Part shown: positions 26,934 to 33,737 of the stretch, in pieces | How positions within the stretch are numbered: position 1 is the stretch's first letter | How the letters are laid out: each line of letters starts with the position of its first letter | Virus record (IMG/VR): IMGVR_UViG_3300028182_000001 | Location: 1 to 64,000 of that record | Source of the DNA: a virus | Strand: one strand, 5' to 3' | Length of the DNA stretch: 64,000 bases | The notes under the pieces: generated by a model | Seen by the model: only the letters and a program-made list of their open reading frames with translations | Told to the model about the DNA's origin: nothing | The model's database searches: none | Position numbers and translations under genes: made by a program

Positions 26934-27270
26934 ACATCAACCTAATTTAAAGGCAGAATTTCGTGACCTAGTAGGCAATATGATAAACAGTAACAGATCG
27001 AGCTACCATATGTACAGCATTCACAGGCTATTGTCATTAGGTCTCCTAATGGACTTTACCTTTAAATACATCGAAGCAGAACAGTCCGATTGGGTACGCA
27101 TTGAGTTGGACTTACGAGAGCATGGTAAGGTCGTGTTTGCGATTAATACGGACTCAGAATACGGACAGATAGAGGATGAGGATGGAAGAGAAGTACTGGT
27201 ACACTTTATGGAGAATTACGATACCGAGTGTGATAGGGTCGAAAAACGTAGAAGTATTTTTGGGATATAA
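26908..27270 (+). CDS. hypothetical protein
   Basis: AAGGAG RBS. Confidence 0.65.
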   Translation: MKMNVVGNKHQPNLKAEFRDLVGNMINSNRSSYHMYSIHRLLSLGLLMDFTFKYIEAEQSDWVRIELDLREHGKVVFAINTDSEYGQIEDEDGREVLVHFMENYDTECDRVEKRRSIFGI

Positions 27271-27288
27271 CAGAAAGGTGGGGTTTTA

Positions 27289-27609
27289 GTGAACAACCAA
27301 CAAGTACTCCTTAAACTACAGGAAATTGAGTCCACACTCCAAGACCAAGAACAAAGCACGGTAGAGCTTAAAACTGTTGTTGACGAACTTCGTGGGATCG
27401 TGAAGGATATCGACAAGAACATGGCTATCAGTGAAGAGAAACAGTCCCATCTTTTCTATCGAATCGAGCACCTAGAGCAGGAACTAGAGGAACTTGAGGA
27501 GAAAGGAGAGAAAGGAACGGATAGGCAGCAGAAGCTAATCGAGAATGCGCTAATGGTTATTCTTGGAGGACTTATTAGCTACATCTTCAGTTTAGCAAGT
27601 AAGCACTAA
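27289..27609 (+). CDS. coiled-coil protein with C-terminal TM (XhlA/holin-like)
   Basis: Heptad-rich N-terminus and single C-terminal hydrophobic helix. Confidence 0.55.
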   Translation: MNNQQVLLKLQEIESTLQDQEQSTVELKTVVDELRGIVKDIDKNMAISEEKQSHLFYRIEHLEQELEELEEKGEKGTDRQQKLIENALMVILGGLISYIFSLASKH

Positions 27610-27628
27610 TAAGAAAGGATGATAACAA

Positions 27629-27862
27629 GTGGCTAAGTTAAAAACAGTAGAACTAACAATGATTACAAGTGAAAAGGTGTACGTGTCAATGGATGAGTTC
27701 AATCTAGGTGGGGTACCTGAAACACCTGACTCAGTAATCGGTAACTACATCAAGGGCAGTCGAGCACCGATGTTACGAGTGTACGCTACAGTGGACTTGA
27801 CTGGTGCCTACTTCTTCGTCAATCCAAAGATGATTGTGAAGATGGTACCAACATACGCATAA
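27629..27862 (+). CDS. hypothetical protein
   Basis: 77 aa, AAAGGA RBS. Confidence 0.65.
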   Translation: MAKLKTVELTMITSEKVYVSMDEFNLGGVPETPDSVIGNYIKGSRAPMLRVYATVDLTGAYFFVNPKMIVKMVPTYA

Positions 27863-27863
27863 G

Positions 27864-27897
27864 AAAAAGGAGTGGGTTTCCCCTACTCCTTATTTTT
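27864..27897. terminator. bidirectional intrinsic terminator
   Basis: AAGGAGTGGG/CCTACTCCTT stem between convergent genes, flanked by A- and T-tracts. Confidence 0.75.
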
Positions 27898-28162
27898 AGT
27901 TCTTATTGTATCTACGTCTCTCTAACTCCGCAATCTGATCCTCAGGTAAGTCCTCGAATAAGTCTCTGTAGCTCACTCCGAACAAGTCTTCTAATTCCGT
28001 AATCTTATTTGGTCTCGGGTATTTATTTCCGTTCTCCCAGTTGCTAACAGTTGTGTAATCCACTCCTAATTTATCCGCTAAACTGTAAATCGTATGACCT
28101 GCATCCATTCTGAACTTCTTGAGCATTTTTGGTGTCTTCTTAGTTGTTTTCTTCGCTACCAT
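27896..28162 (-). CDS. XRE-family HTH transcriptional regulator
   Basis: LKKFR...G.T...LA..LGV...TVSNWENG...P......L..LFGV...DLF; GGGAGG RBS before ATG 28162. Confidence 0.9.
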   Translation of the reverse strand: MVAKKTTKKTPKMLKKFRMDAGHTIYSLADKLGVDYTTVSNWENGNKYPRPNKITELEDLFGVSYRDLFEDLPEDQIAELERRRYNKN

Positions 28163-28283
28163 TGTAATCATACCTCCCTTTGTATTTTTCTTATTTATTG
28201 TAGTAACTGTCATTTGACTCAACTCCTTCATGTGATTTTTATTTGACGTTCTCATTTGTATTGGTTTGTTTTATCTTGACTCC

Positions 28284-28312
28284 ATCGTAACACTTTGTTG
28301 ATTAACTGTCAA
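28284..28312 (-). promoter_or_regulatory. sigma-A promoter of XRE gene with TTGTTG-N9-CAACAA dyad
   Basis: TTGACA-17-TACGAT; dyad 28295-28315. Confidence 0.75.
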
Positions 28313-28329
28313 CAACATTTTAAATTTGA

Positions 28330-28860
28330 CCTTGCCTATTTTTATTCTTACCTACTTGATGAAAGTTATTCTGTCCTATTTATAATTTATGTCATATTTT
28401 AAACCCTTGCTATGACTGACTTTATAGACTACTTGAGTATATTTCTGTCCTATTTAAATTATAACTGGTCTGTATATATACTATTATATTTATTATTAAG
28501 TACTATTATTACTATTAAATATTATATAAAATTAAATAGGACATACGTTAAAATTTAAATAGGACATTTTTTCTCTATTTCTGACACATTTAAATAGTAC
28601 TAATTTGACTCTATCATCAAGTACATTTCTATTTGATGTTACTGTTAACCCTTGATACATATATACTTGAAGTATATTCAAGTTAGAACTACTTTATACT
28701 TGAACTGTTCAAAAAGTTATAATTTAAATAGGACATAAAATAGAGAGAACATGTACCATTATATTTATAAGTACACTGTATATATAATTATATTATTTAT
28801 ATTAAAATTTATATTAAAATTAATATTAAAGTATTTATAATAAAATTAATATTAAGATAG
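28330..28860. other. putative replication origin (iteron-like AAATAGGACA repeats plus AT-rich tract)
   Basis: Five 10-mers in both orientations, a 21-bp perfect inverted repeat, near-pure AT tract 28779-28855, no ORF, at the strand switch. Confidence 0.55.
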
Positions 28861-28934
28861 ACGATCCGAACGGAAAATCCATCTTCAAATAAAAAAGTTT
28901 AAAAAAAAAAGTTGAAAAAAGATGGTCTCTAGGG

Positions 28935-28963
28935 TTGTACTAGGTTATAGTCTGTGTTATACT
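28935..28963 (+). promoter_or_regulatory. sigma-A promoter of tRNA operon
   Basis: TTGTAC-17-TATACT with TG extension and upstream A-tracts. Confidence 0.7.
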
Positions 28964-29076
28964 GAGTACAGGCTTAGATATTTAGTAAGTAAACAACCAC
29001 TCCTTATTGGTTAGAGGGGCACATAACGATCCCGTGGAAAGGTGACTTATAATCCTGCTCCTTAAATTTTCTGTCT

Positions 29077-29124
29077 ACATAACCTATAGATGTTTCTCCT
29101 CCGATTTTCATTTATAGGTTATGT
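29077..29124 (+). ncRNA. leader hairpin with CUCCUCC loop
   Basis: 16-bp stem ACATAACCTATAGATG/CATTTATAGGTTATGT. Confidence 0.45.
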
Positions 29125-29137
29125 TACTTTTTAATAT

Positions 29138-29226
29138 GGAAGGGTACTCAAGTTGGTGAAGAGGTCAACCTGCTAAGTTGATAGTACCTATTGTAGGTAG
29201 CGAGGGTTCGAATCCCTTTCCTTCCT
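29138..29226 (+). tRNA. tRNA-Ser(GCT)
   Basis: Cloverleaf, long variable arm, TCAAC-CTGCTAA-GTTGA, TTCGAAT. Confidence 0.9.
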
Positions 29227-29235
29227 TACTCTTAT

Positions 29236-29308
29236 GAGGACGTACCGAAATGGTTAACGGGCTAGGTTGCAACCCTAGTATTCGCTGGTTCGAATCCAGT
29301 CGTTCTCT
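29236..29308 (+). tRNA. tRNA-Cys(GCA)
   Basis: CTAGG-TTGCAAC-CCTAG; U73. Confidence 0.9.
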
Positions 29309-29353
29309 TACGTATATGTTATGATGAATTTATGTTATAATATATTATATAAC

Positions 29354-29428
29354 GTGCCTGTAGCGTAGTGGTAGCGCAGTAGCCTGTTAAGCTATTGGTC
29401 GGTGGTTCGAATCCACCCAGGTACGCCA
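29354..29428 (+). tRNA. tRNA-Asn(GTT)
   Basis: GTAGC-CTGTTAA-GCTAT; encoded CCA. Confidence 0.92.
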
Positions 29429-29431
29429 TAA

Positions 29432-29614
29432 TGTGCAGCTTAGTAAAACTGGTTTATACGTTGCAACTTAGTATACTTATGTATCTGAAGGCATAAGTGA
29501 AGAGTAAAGATGTACGGTAAAACTGGTGATGCTCTCCTATAGTAAAGAAACACCTAAGTCAGATTAGGTTTGTATAGGAAGAAGGATTGGGTGCAACTCC
29601 CACCGTGTACACTA
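29432..29614 (+). ncRNA. tRNA-like RNA with long internal domain
   Basis: Paired ends TGTGCA/TGTACA, T-arm-like TGGG-TGCAACT-CCCA, internal hairpins, fills a tRNA slot exactly. Confidence 0.55.
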
Positions 29615-29617
29615 TAC

Positions 29618-29693
29618 GGGGCATTAGTATATCGGTTAATTATTCCTGGCTTCCAACCAGGGGAGGTCGGTTCGATTCCGACATGTCCCTCCA
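29618..29693 (+). tRNA. tRNA-Gly(TCC)
   Basis: CCTGG-CTTCCAA-CCAGG; TCCA end. Confidence 0.92.
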
Positions 29694-29697
29694 ATTT

Positions 29698-29774
29698 GCC
29701 TTCTTAGCTCAGTTGGTTAGAGCGACTGCCTTGTAAGCAGTAGGTCAGGGGTTCGAGTCCTCTAGTCGGCACCA
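29698..29774 (+). tRNA. tRNA-Thr(TGT)
   Basis: ACTGC-CTTGTAA-GCAGT; ACCA; two acceptor mismatches. Confidence 0.85.
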
Positions 29775-29779
29775 TTTAT

Positions 29780-29852
29780 GCTTGGATAGTTCAGTGGCAG
29801 AACACTTACCGTAGGTAAAGTAGCATGGGTTCGATTCCCATTCCTCGCTCCT
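29780..29852 (+). pseudogene. pseudo-tRNA (collapsed anticodon loop)
   Basis: Normal D and T arms, but TTACC-GTA-GGTAA 3-nt loop, two acceptor mismatches, CCT end. Confidence 0.7.
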
Positions 29853-29857
29853 ATTAT

Positions 29858-29934
29858 GTCGCATTGGTGAAATTGGCTAACACACTCGGCTTTCTACCGA
29901 GCATTCAGGGGTTCGAATCCCCTATGCGATACCA
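29858..29934 (+). tRNA. tRNA-Glu(TTC)
   Basis: CTCGG-CTTTCTA-CCGAG; ACCA. Confidence 0.92.
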
Positions 29935-29938
29935 ACTT

Positions 29939-30010
29939 GGGGATATAGTGTAGTGGTTAACACGCACGGCTGTCTACCGTGAAGCACGGGTTCGAATCCC
30001 GTTATCCTCG
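29939..30010 (+). tRNA. tRNA-Asp(GTC)
   Basis: CACGG-CTGTCTA-CCGTG; G73. Confidence 0.92.
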
Positions 30011-30012
30011 TA

Positions 30013-30085
30013 ATCCCTTTAGCCAAGCGGTTAAGGCAGTAGGATTATGTCCTACGTATCGGGAGTTCGAACCTCCCAAGGGGCG
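30013..30085 (+). tRNA. tRNA with anticodon TAT (nominally Ile, atypical)
   Basis: GTAGG-ATTATGT-CCTAC; A1-C72 mismatch. Confidence 0.65.
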
Positions 30086-30096
30086 CACAATGGTTG

Positions 30097-30202
30097 CCTG
30101 TGTATCCGTGCCCAAAACAGGAATTTTCACCTAGCTATTCGAGTTAGGTTATGGACGTATGAGCCATGCGTTGTGACGGGGCAACGATAAAACCCGTCTT
30201 TT
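30097..30202 (+). ncRNA. structured spacer RNA ending in an H-type pseudoknot
   Basis: Three hairpins, then CGTTG/CAACG crossed by GACGGG/CCCGTC. Confidence 0.45.
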
Positions 30203-30206
30203 CTTT

Positions 30207-30280
30207 ACCCCTTTAGCCAAGTGGACTAAGGCAACGGGCTTCTATCCCGTGGATCGTGGGTTCGATTCCTACAGGGGGTG
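30207..30280 (+). tRNA. tRNA-Arg(TCT)
   Basis: ACGGG-CTTCTAT-CCCGT. Confidence 0.9.
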
Positions 30281-30338
30281 TTACAGGAACTTACCACGCT
30301 TCCTCATTTAATGATAGCGGACCAGGTAAGTCTTTTTT

Positions 30339-30427
30339 CGGGGAATACTCAAGTGGATAAAAGAGGTTAGTCTTGAAAACTAATAGGCGTGTGAAAGCGT
30401 GCGGGGGTTCGAATCCCTCTTCCTCGG
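30339..30427 (+). tRNA. tRNA-Ser(TGA)
   Basis: TTAGT-CTTGAAA-ACTAA, long variable arm, G73. Confidence 0.9.
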
Positions 30428-30461
30428 CTTAAAAAAAAATTAAAAAACTTTAATTATATGC

Positions 30462-30490
30462 TTGCATCAAGTTACAGACTATGATACAAT
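30462..30490 (+). promoter_or_regulatory. second sigma-A promoter in tRNA cluster
   Basis: TTGCAT-17-TACAAT with TG; upstream A-tracts. Confidence 0.75.
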
Positions 30491-30506
30491 GTGTATAAGT
30501 TATTAT

Positions 30507-30580
30507 TTCGGAGTGGACAAACTGGTAAAGTCGCTTGGCTTTGACCCAAGAGCGTGAAGGTTCGACCCCTTCCTCCGAAG
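30507..30580 (+). tRNA. tRNA-Gln(TTG)
   Basis: CTTGG-CTTTGAC-CCAAG; U1-A72. Confidence 0.9.
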
Positions 30581-30658
30581 TCTACCCAAGGTCACACCTT
30601 GGAAACTAAGCCTAATAGCCTACAATGGTTAACGTGACCACTTATTAGACTTAGTTTC

Positions 30659-30732
30659 CAGTGTGTGGTGAAGTGGCTTAACACGGACGACTGTGGATCG
30701 TCTATTCGCTGGTTCGAATCCAGTCATGCTGA
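30659..30732 (+). tRNA. tRNA-His(GTG), lacking G-1:C73
   Basis: GACGA-CTGTGGA-TCGTC; acceptor CAGTGTG/CATGCTG; A73. Confidence 0.8.
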
Positions 30733-30740
30733 TATATCAT

Positions 30741-30812
30741 ACGGGTGTAGGCTAGAGGTCAGTCACTGCGTTTGGGGCGCAGATCACGTTGGTTCGATCC
30801 CAACCACTCGTA
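30741..30812 (+). tRNA. tRNA-Pro(TGG)
   Basis: CTGCG-TTTGGGG-CGCAG. Confidence 0.88.
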
Positions 30813-30928
30813 CTTTGTTTATGTTTAGGTTTTTCACACACCTCCTACAGGGTTACGACCCGTGTCAATCGAAGTAGGTTAAAACTTTGGATATCCGAGT
30901 AAACAGGTTCAAGATATCCCTCTATTAT

Positions 30929-31001
30929 GGACAGGTAGCTCAGTTGGTAGAGCATACGGTTGAAACCCGTAGTGTCGTTGGTTCGACCCCAACCTTGTCC
31001 A
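30929..31001 (+). tRNA. tRNA-Phe(GAA)
   Basis: TACGG-TTGAAAC-CCGTA. Confidence 0.92.
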
Positions 31002-31010
31002 CTTTAATAT

Positions 31011-31093
31011 GTGTCAGTCGCATAGTGGCAATTGCAGGAGACTGTAAATCTCCCCCGAAAGGTACGTTGGTTCGAGTCCAACCTGGCACACCA
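31011..31093 (+). tRNA. tRNA-Tyr(GTA)
   Basis: GGAGA-CTGTAAA-TCTCC, variable arm, ACCA. Confidence 0.92.
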
Positions 31094-31164
31094 AAAAATT
31101 TATAATATGTTGTTGTCTTTTTATTTACTTACCTTCTTTGCGGAAACAGAGAAGGTACAACTAT

Positions 31165-31252
31165 ATCGGAATGTTGGAATTGGTAGACATAACGCACTTA
31201 AAATGCGTTGCTCCTTGGGGCGTGGTGGGTTCGAGTCCCCCTTCCGATACCA
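31165..31252 (+). tRNA. tRNA-Leu(TAA)
   Basis: ACGCA-CTTAAAA-TGCGT, long variable arm, ACCA. Confidence 0.9.
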
Positions 31253-31253
31253 T

Positions 31254-31330
31254 ACTAGTGTAGCGCAGTCAGGTAGCGCAGTGTCTTGATAAGGCATTGG
31301 TCACAGGTTCGAATCCTGTCACTAGTACCA
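31254..31330 (+). tRNA. tRNA-Ile(GAT)
   Basis: GTGTC-TTGATAA-GGCAT; ACCA. Confidence 0.92.
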
Positions 31331-31335
31331 TTTAT

Positions 31336-31413
31336 GCCGAGGTAATCCAATCAGGTAGAGATCGTGGTCTTAGAAGCCATCCAGTGAGGGTTCGAATCCC
31401 TCTCTCGGTACCA
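31336..31413 (+). tRNA. tRNA-Leu(TAG) with short variable loop
   Basis: GTGGT-CTTAGAA-GCCAT; 5-nt variable loop; ACCA. Confidence 0.85.
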
Positions 31414-31419
31414 TATTAT

Positions 31420-31503
31420 GGGGGAGAGAAACTTAAAGGCAAGAGGTAAGCCAGTGGTCTCCAAAACCACCGTTAAGAGGTTCGATTCCTCCCTCCCCTG
31501 CCA
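31420..31503 (+). tRNA. tRNA-Trp(CCA) with enlarged D region
   Basis: GTGGT-CTCCAAA-ACCAC; GCCA end. Confidence 0.8.
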
Positions 31504-31507
31504 ACGT

Positions 31508-31579
31508 AGGAGTATAGCTCAGTGGTAGAGCGTGGGTCTCATACGCCCGAAGTCGATGGTTCGATCCCATCTATTCCTA
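31508..31579 (+). tRNA. tRNA-CAT (Met or lysidine-Ile2)
   Basis: TGGGT-CTCATAC-GCCCG. Confidence 0.88.
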
Positions 31580-31625
31580 TCGCTTTAGTATGTTCAAAAT
31601 TGATAATTTAATAGGGGGAATTGAA

Positions 31626-32255
31626 ATGGAACAAATGTCAGTTCAACGTGGTTTAATGGAGTTAAAGACTTTAGGTAATCGTATCACTCGTGCCACTCAA
31701 CAATCTTTCGTGAATTTCTACGTAGGTGACAAGGGTGCTCCACAAGGATTCAAAACACCTGATGAGTTTGCTTCATATGCTCAAGGTCGTTACGACTCTG
31801 CTACGGACTTGATTAAACGCAGAAACGCAATTAAAGCTGCTATTATCCAGTCTAACGCAGTAACTACGGTTACTGTAGCAGGTAAGCAGATGACAGTTGC
31901 AGAAGCAATTGACCGTAAGGATTCAATTGTACACGAGAAAGTTCTTTTACAACAACTGCAATCGCAGTTTAGTGAGATTACTAGACGTGTAGCCGCTCAA
32001 CAACAAGTGTTAGACGCTCGAATTGATAAGGTTTTAGAAGAGGAAGGTGGCAAAGACCGTAAGGTTGATGACGCTGACCACGCTCGCATCGTAAAAAATG
32101 CAGAGTCTCGCTACAAACCAAATCTTGTCGATCCTATTGGTATCCGTAAGGTTATCAATCAGATGGAAGAAGATATCAATTCGTTCGAGTTAGATGTGGA
32201 TGCTTCATTATCCGAAATCAACGCTCGTACGGATATCGAGTTCGAAGTCAAATAG
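31626..32255 (+). CDS. helical coiled-coil protein (DIP1984/DUF6847-like, from memory)
   Basis: AGGGGG RBS; MSV.RGL.ELK.L..RI, IK.AI..SNA.T.V.V.G..MTVAEAI.RK, LVDP, .D..LSE.NA.T. Confidence 0.75.
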   Translation: MEQMSVQRGLMELKTLGNRITRATQQSFVNFYVGDKGAPQGFKTPDEFASYAQGRYDSATDLIKRRNAIKAAIIQSNAVTTVTVAGKQMTVAEAIDRKDSIVHEKVLLQQLQSQFSEITRRVAAQQQVLDARIDKVLEEEGGKDRKVDDADHARIVKNAESRYKPNLVDPIGIRKVINQMEEDINSFELDVDASLSEINARTDIEFEVK

Positions 32256-32289
32256 TAGGTTGACTCCCTCTCTCTGAGAGGGACAAGCC

Positions 32290-32652
32290 TTTGCTAACAC
32301 ACCGACACTTACCAACCAAATGCGTCCCTTACTAACGATATAGTGAGAACAAGATACTTTTGACAGATTAGTCAAAACTAAGCGGTAGCCAAATTGGGCT
32401 AATACATATATGATAGTACCCCCGAGGAAGCGGGGTACAAACAGGTGTAAGAAGCTCAAAGCTAAGTGTTCAAAGGTTGACAAGTTAAAAGTTCTTATGC
32501 GTTCAAAGGTAATAGTTGTACAGGTCAAAGAGGGCAAGATGAGTCTCCAAAAGAGAGACTAGCCCGTAAAGGTCGATAAAATCCACTGTAAAAGGTTTGC
32601 GAGAGTTCATTTGTGGTCTCCGTAGGTGCCTAGTGGCTGGTGTGGTGGCAAA
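32290..32652 (+). ncRNA. large structured ncRNA downstream of the coiled-coil gene
   Basis: ~18-bp long-range closing stem 32290-32309/32632-32652, at least five internal hairpins, repeated GNTCAAAG motifs, followed by a terminator. Confidence 0.7.
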
Positions 32653-32662
32653 TAATAGATGT

Positions 32663-32698
32663 AAAAGACTCCTCGTCTCCTTTCGAGGGGTCTTTTTT
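32663..32698 (+). terminator. intrinsic terminator
   Basis: AAGACTCCTCG/CGAGGGGTCTT plus T-tract. Confidence 0.85.
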
Positions 32699-32754
32699 CG
32701 TATGTAGAAGTCCTATATTACACTGGTAAGACCAAATGTGAAAGGTGGGACTCT

Positions 32755-33594
32755 ATGCTACAAGTTAAATCATTTAGTGGAGCAACACATGCAGAACAGA
32801 TTCAAAACGCAATCAATGCTGCAAGTGTAAGCACAACAGACAAGACTGTACAACTAGAAGAGTTTAAAGACTACTACATCACTGCACCTATCATCATTAA
32901 GAAGAACGTGGAACTACTATTTGGCTATGGTACAAAACTAGTTATTGGTAGTAACGTACGTGTACTAGAATTAGAGACGAACGCATCCGTGACAAATCCG
33001 TACATCGCTATTGACGATCCGTCATTTGATTCTGCGGTCTTCTACTTGGATGGTAAGAATAAGTTTTATAACACATGGAACAGAACATCTATTAAGAACG
33101 GTGTCATCGTTAACTGGGCAGGTTCTTACAAAGGCGTAGGTATCTCATGCTTTGCAGGTGGAACTGGTCACGAAGTATCATTCGTAAACTTCTTCGACAT
33201 CAAGATTAGTGGTCTACGAAGAGGGTTAGAGCTACGAGCAGCTAAACCATATACAGGTATGGCTTGGGTGAATGCGAATAGATTTAAAGACATCTCATTA
33301 GATGATTGTATTGAAATGATTGTAATTGAATCTTCTGAAACGATCCCGAACGAATGTAGTGGAAATATGTTCACTGGACTTCAAATACAACCTTCTGCTA
33401 TGACAACAACAGTACTACGTGTGAACGGGCAACAGAACCGATTCGAGGGTATGCTTTGGGATACTCACTTGATTTCAACTCCTAGTGCATTCGTTCACTT
33501 TACGAATACAAGCTCGTACAACAAGATAGATTTTAACGGATCGGTGCCGACTGCAAAAGTATCCGATGCAGGTGCATTCAATAAAGTACTTTAA
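32755..33594 (+). CDS. pectin-lyase-like beta-helix protein
   Basis: IQNAINAA...TV.L....YYI..PIIIK.NV.L start and repeated N-rich beta turns. Confidence 0.65.
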   Translation: MLQVKSFSGATHAEQIQNAINAASVSTTDKTVQLEEFKDYYITAPIIIKKNVELLFGYGTKLVIGSNVRVLELETNASVTNPYIAIDDPSFDSAVFYLDGKNKFYNTWNRTSIKNGVIVNWAGSYKGVGISCFAGGTGHEVSFVNFFDIKISGLRRGLELRAAKPYTGMAWVNANRFKDISLDDCIEMIVIESSETIPNECSGNMFTGLQIQPSAMTTTVLRVNGQQNRFEGMLWDTHLISTPSAFVHFTNTSSYNKIDFNGSVPTAKVSDAGAFNKVL

Positions 33595-33618
33595 GAACTC
33601 CTTAGTGAGTTCTTTTTC
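33594..33618 (+). terminator. intrinsic terminator
   Basis: AAGAACTC/GAGTTCTT plus T-tract. Confidence 0.75.
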
Positions 33619-33737
33619 TTTTTGTAACGGTCTCTAGCACGGGTCGTATCTAACTACTGTGATATAATTAAGATACACATTACGTACTCCGTATTCACTA
33701 AATTACTACTATGTAGTCTTATATTATATCTAAGGGC

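Noticed and set aside
27896-28315. Lysogeny switch
   Set aside because: Single XRE gene, with no integrase, no divergent cro/cI pair and no att site in the window; gene content is that of a lytic Herelleviridae phage
29005-29063. Extra tRNA in the operon leader (AGGGGCA...TGCTCCT)
   Set aside because: A 7-bp closing stem only; no T-loop or anticodon arm
29432-29614. tmRNA
   Set aside because: About half the normal size, no GGGG 5' end or G3-U70 alanine identity, no tag reading frame
30665-31289. ORFs 30665..30877, 30887..31105 and 31032..31289
   Set aside because: They overlap well-formed tRNA genes and lack RBSs
32208-32537. Minus-strand 109-aa ORF across the ncRNA
   Set aside because: No RBS or promoter, antisense to the operon, atypical composition; plus-strand structure with G-U pairs explains the region better
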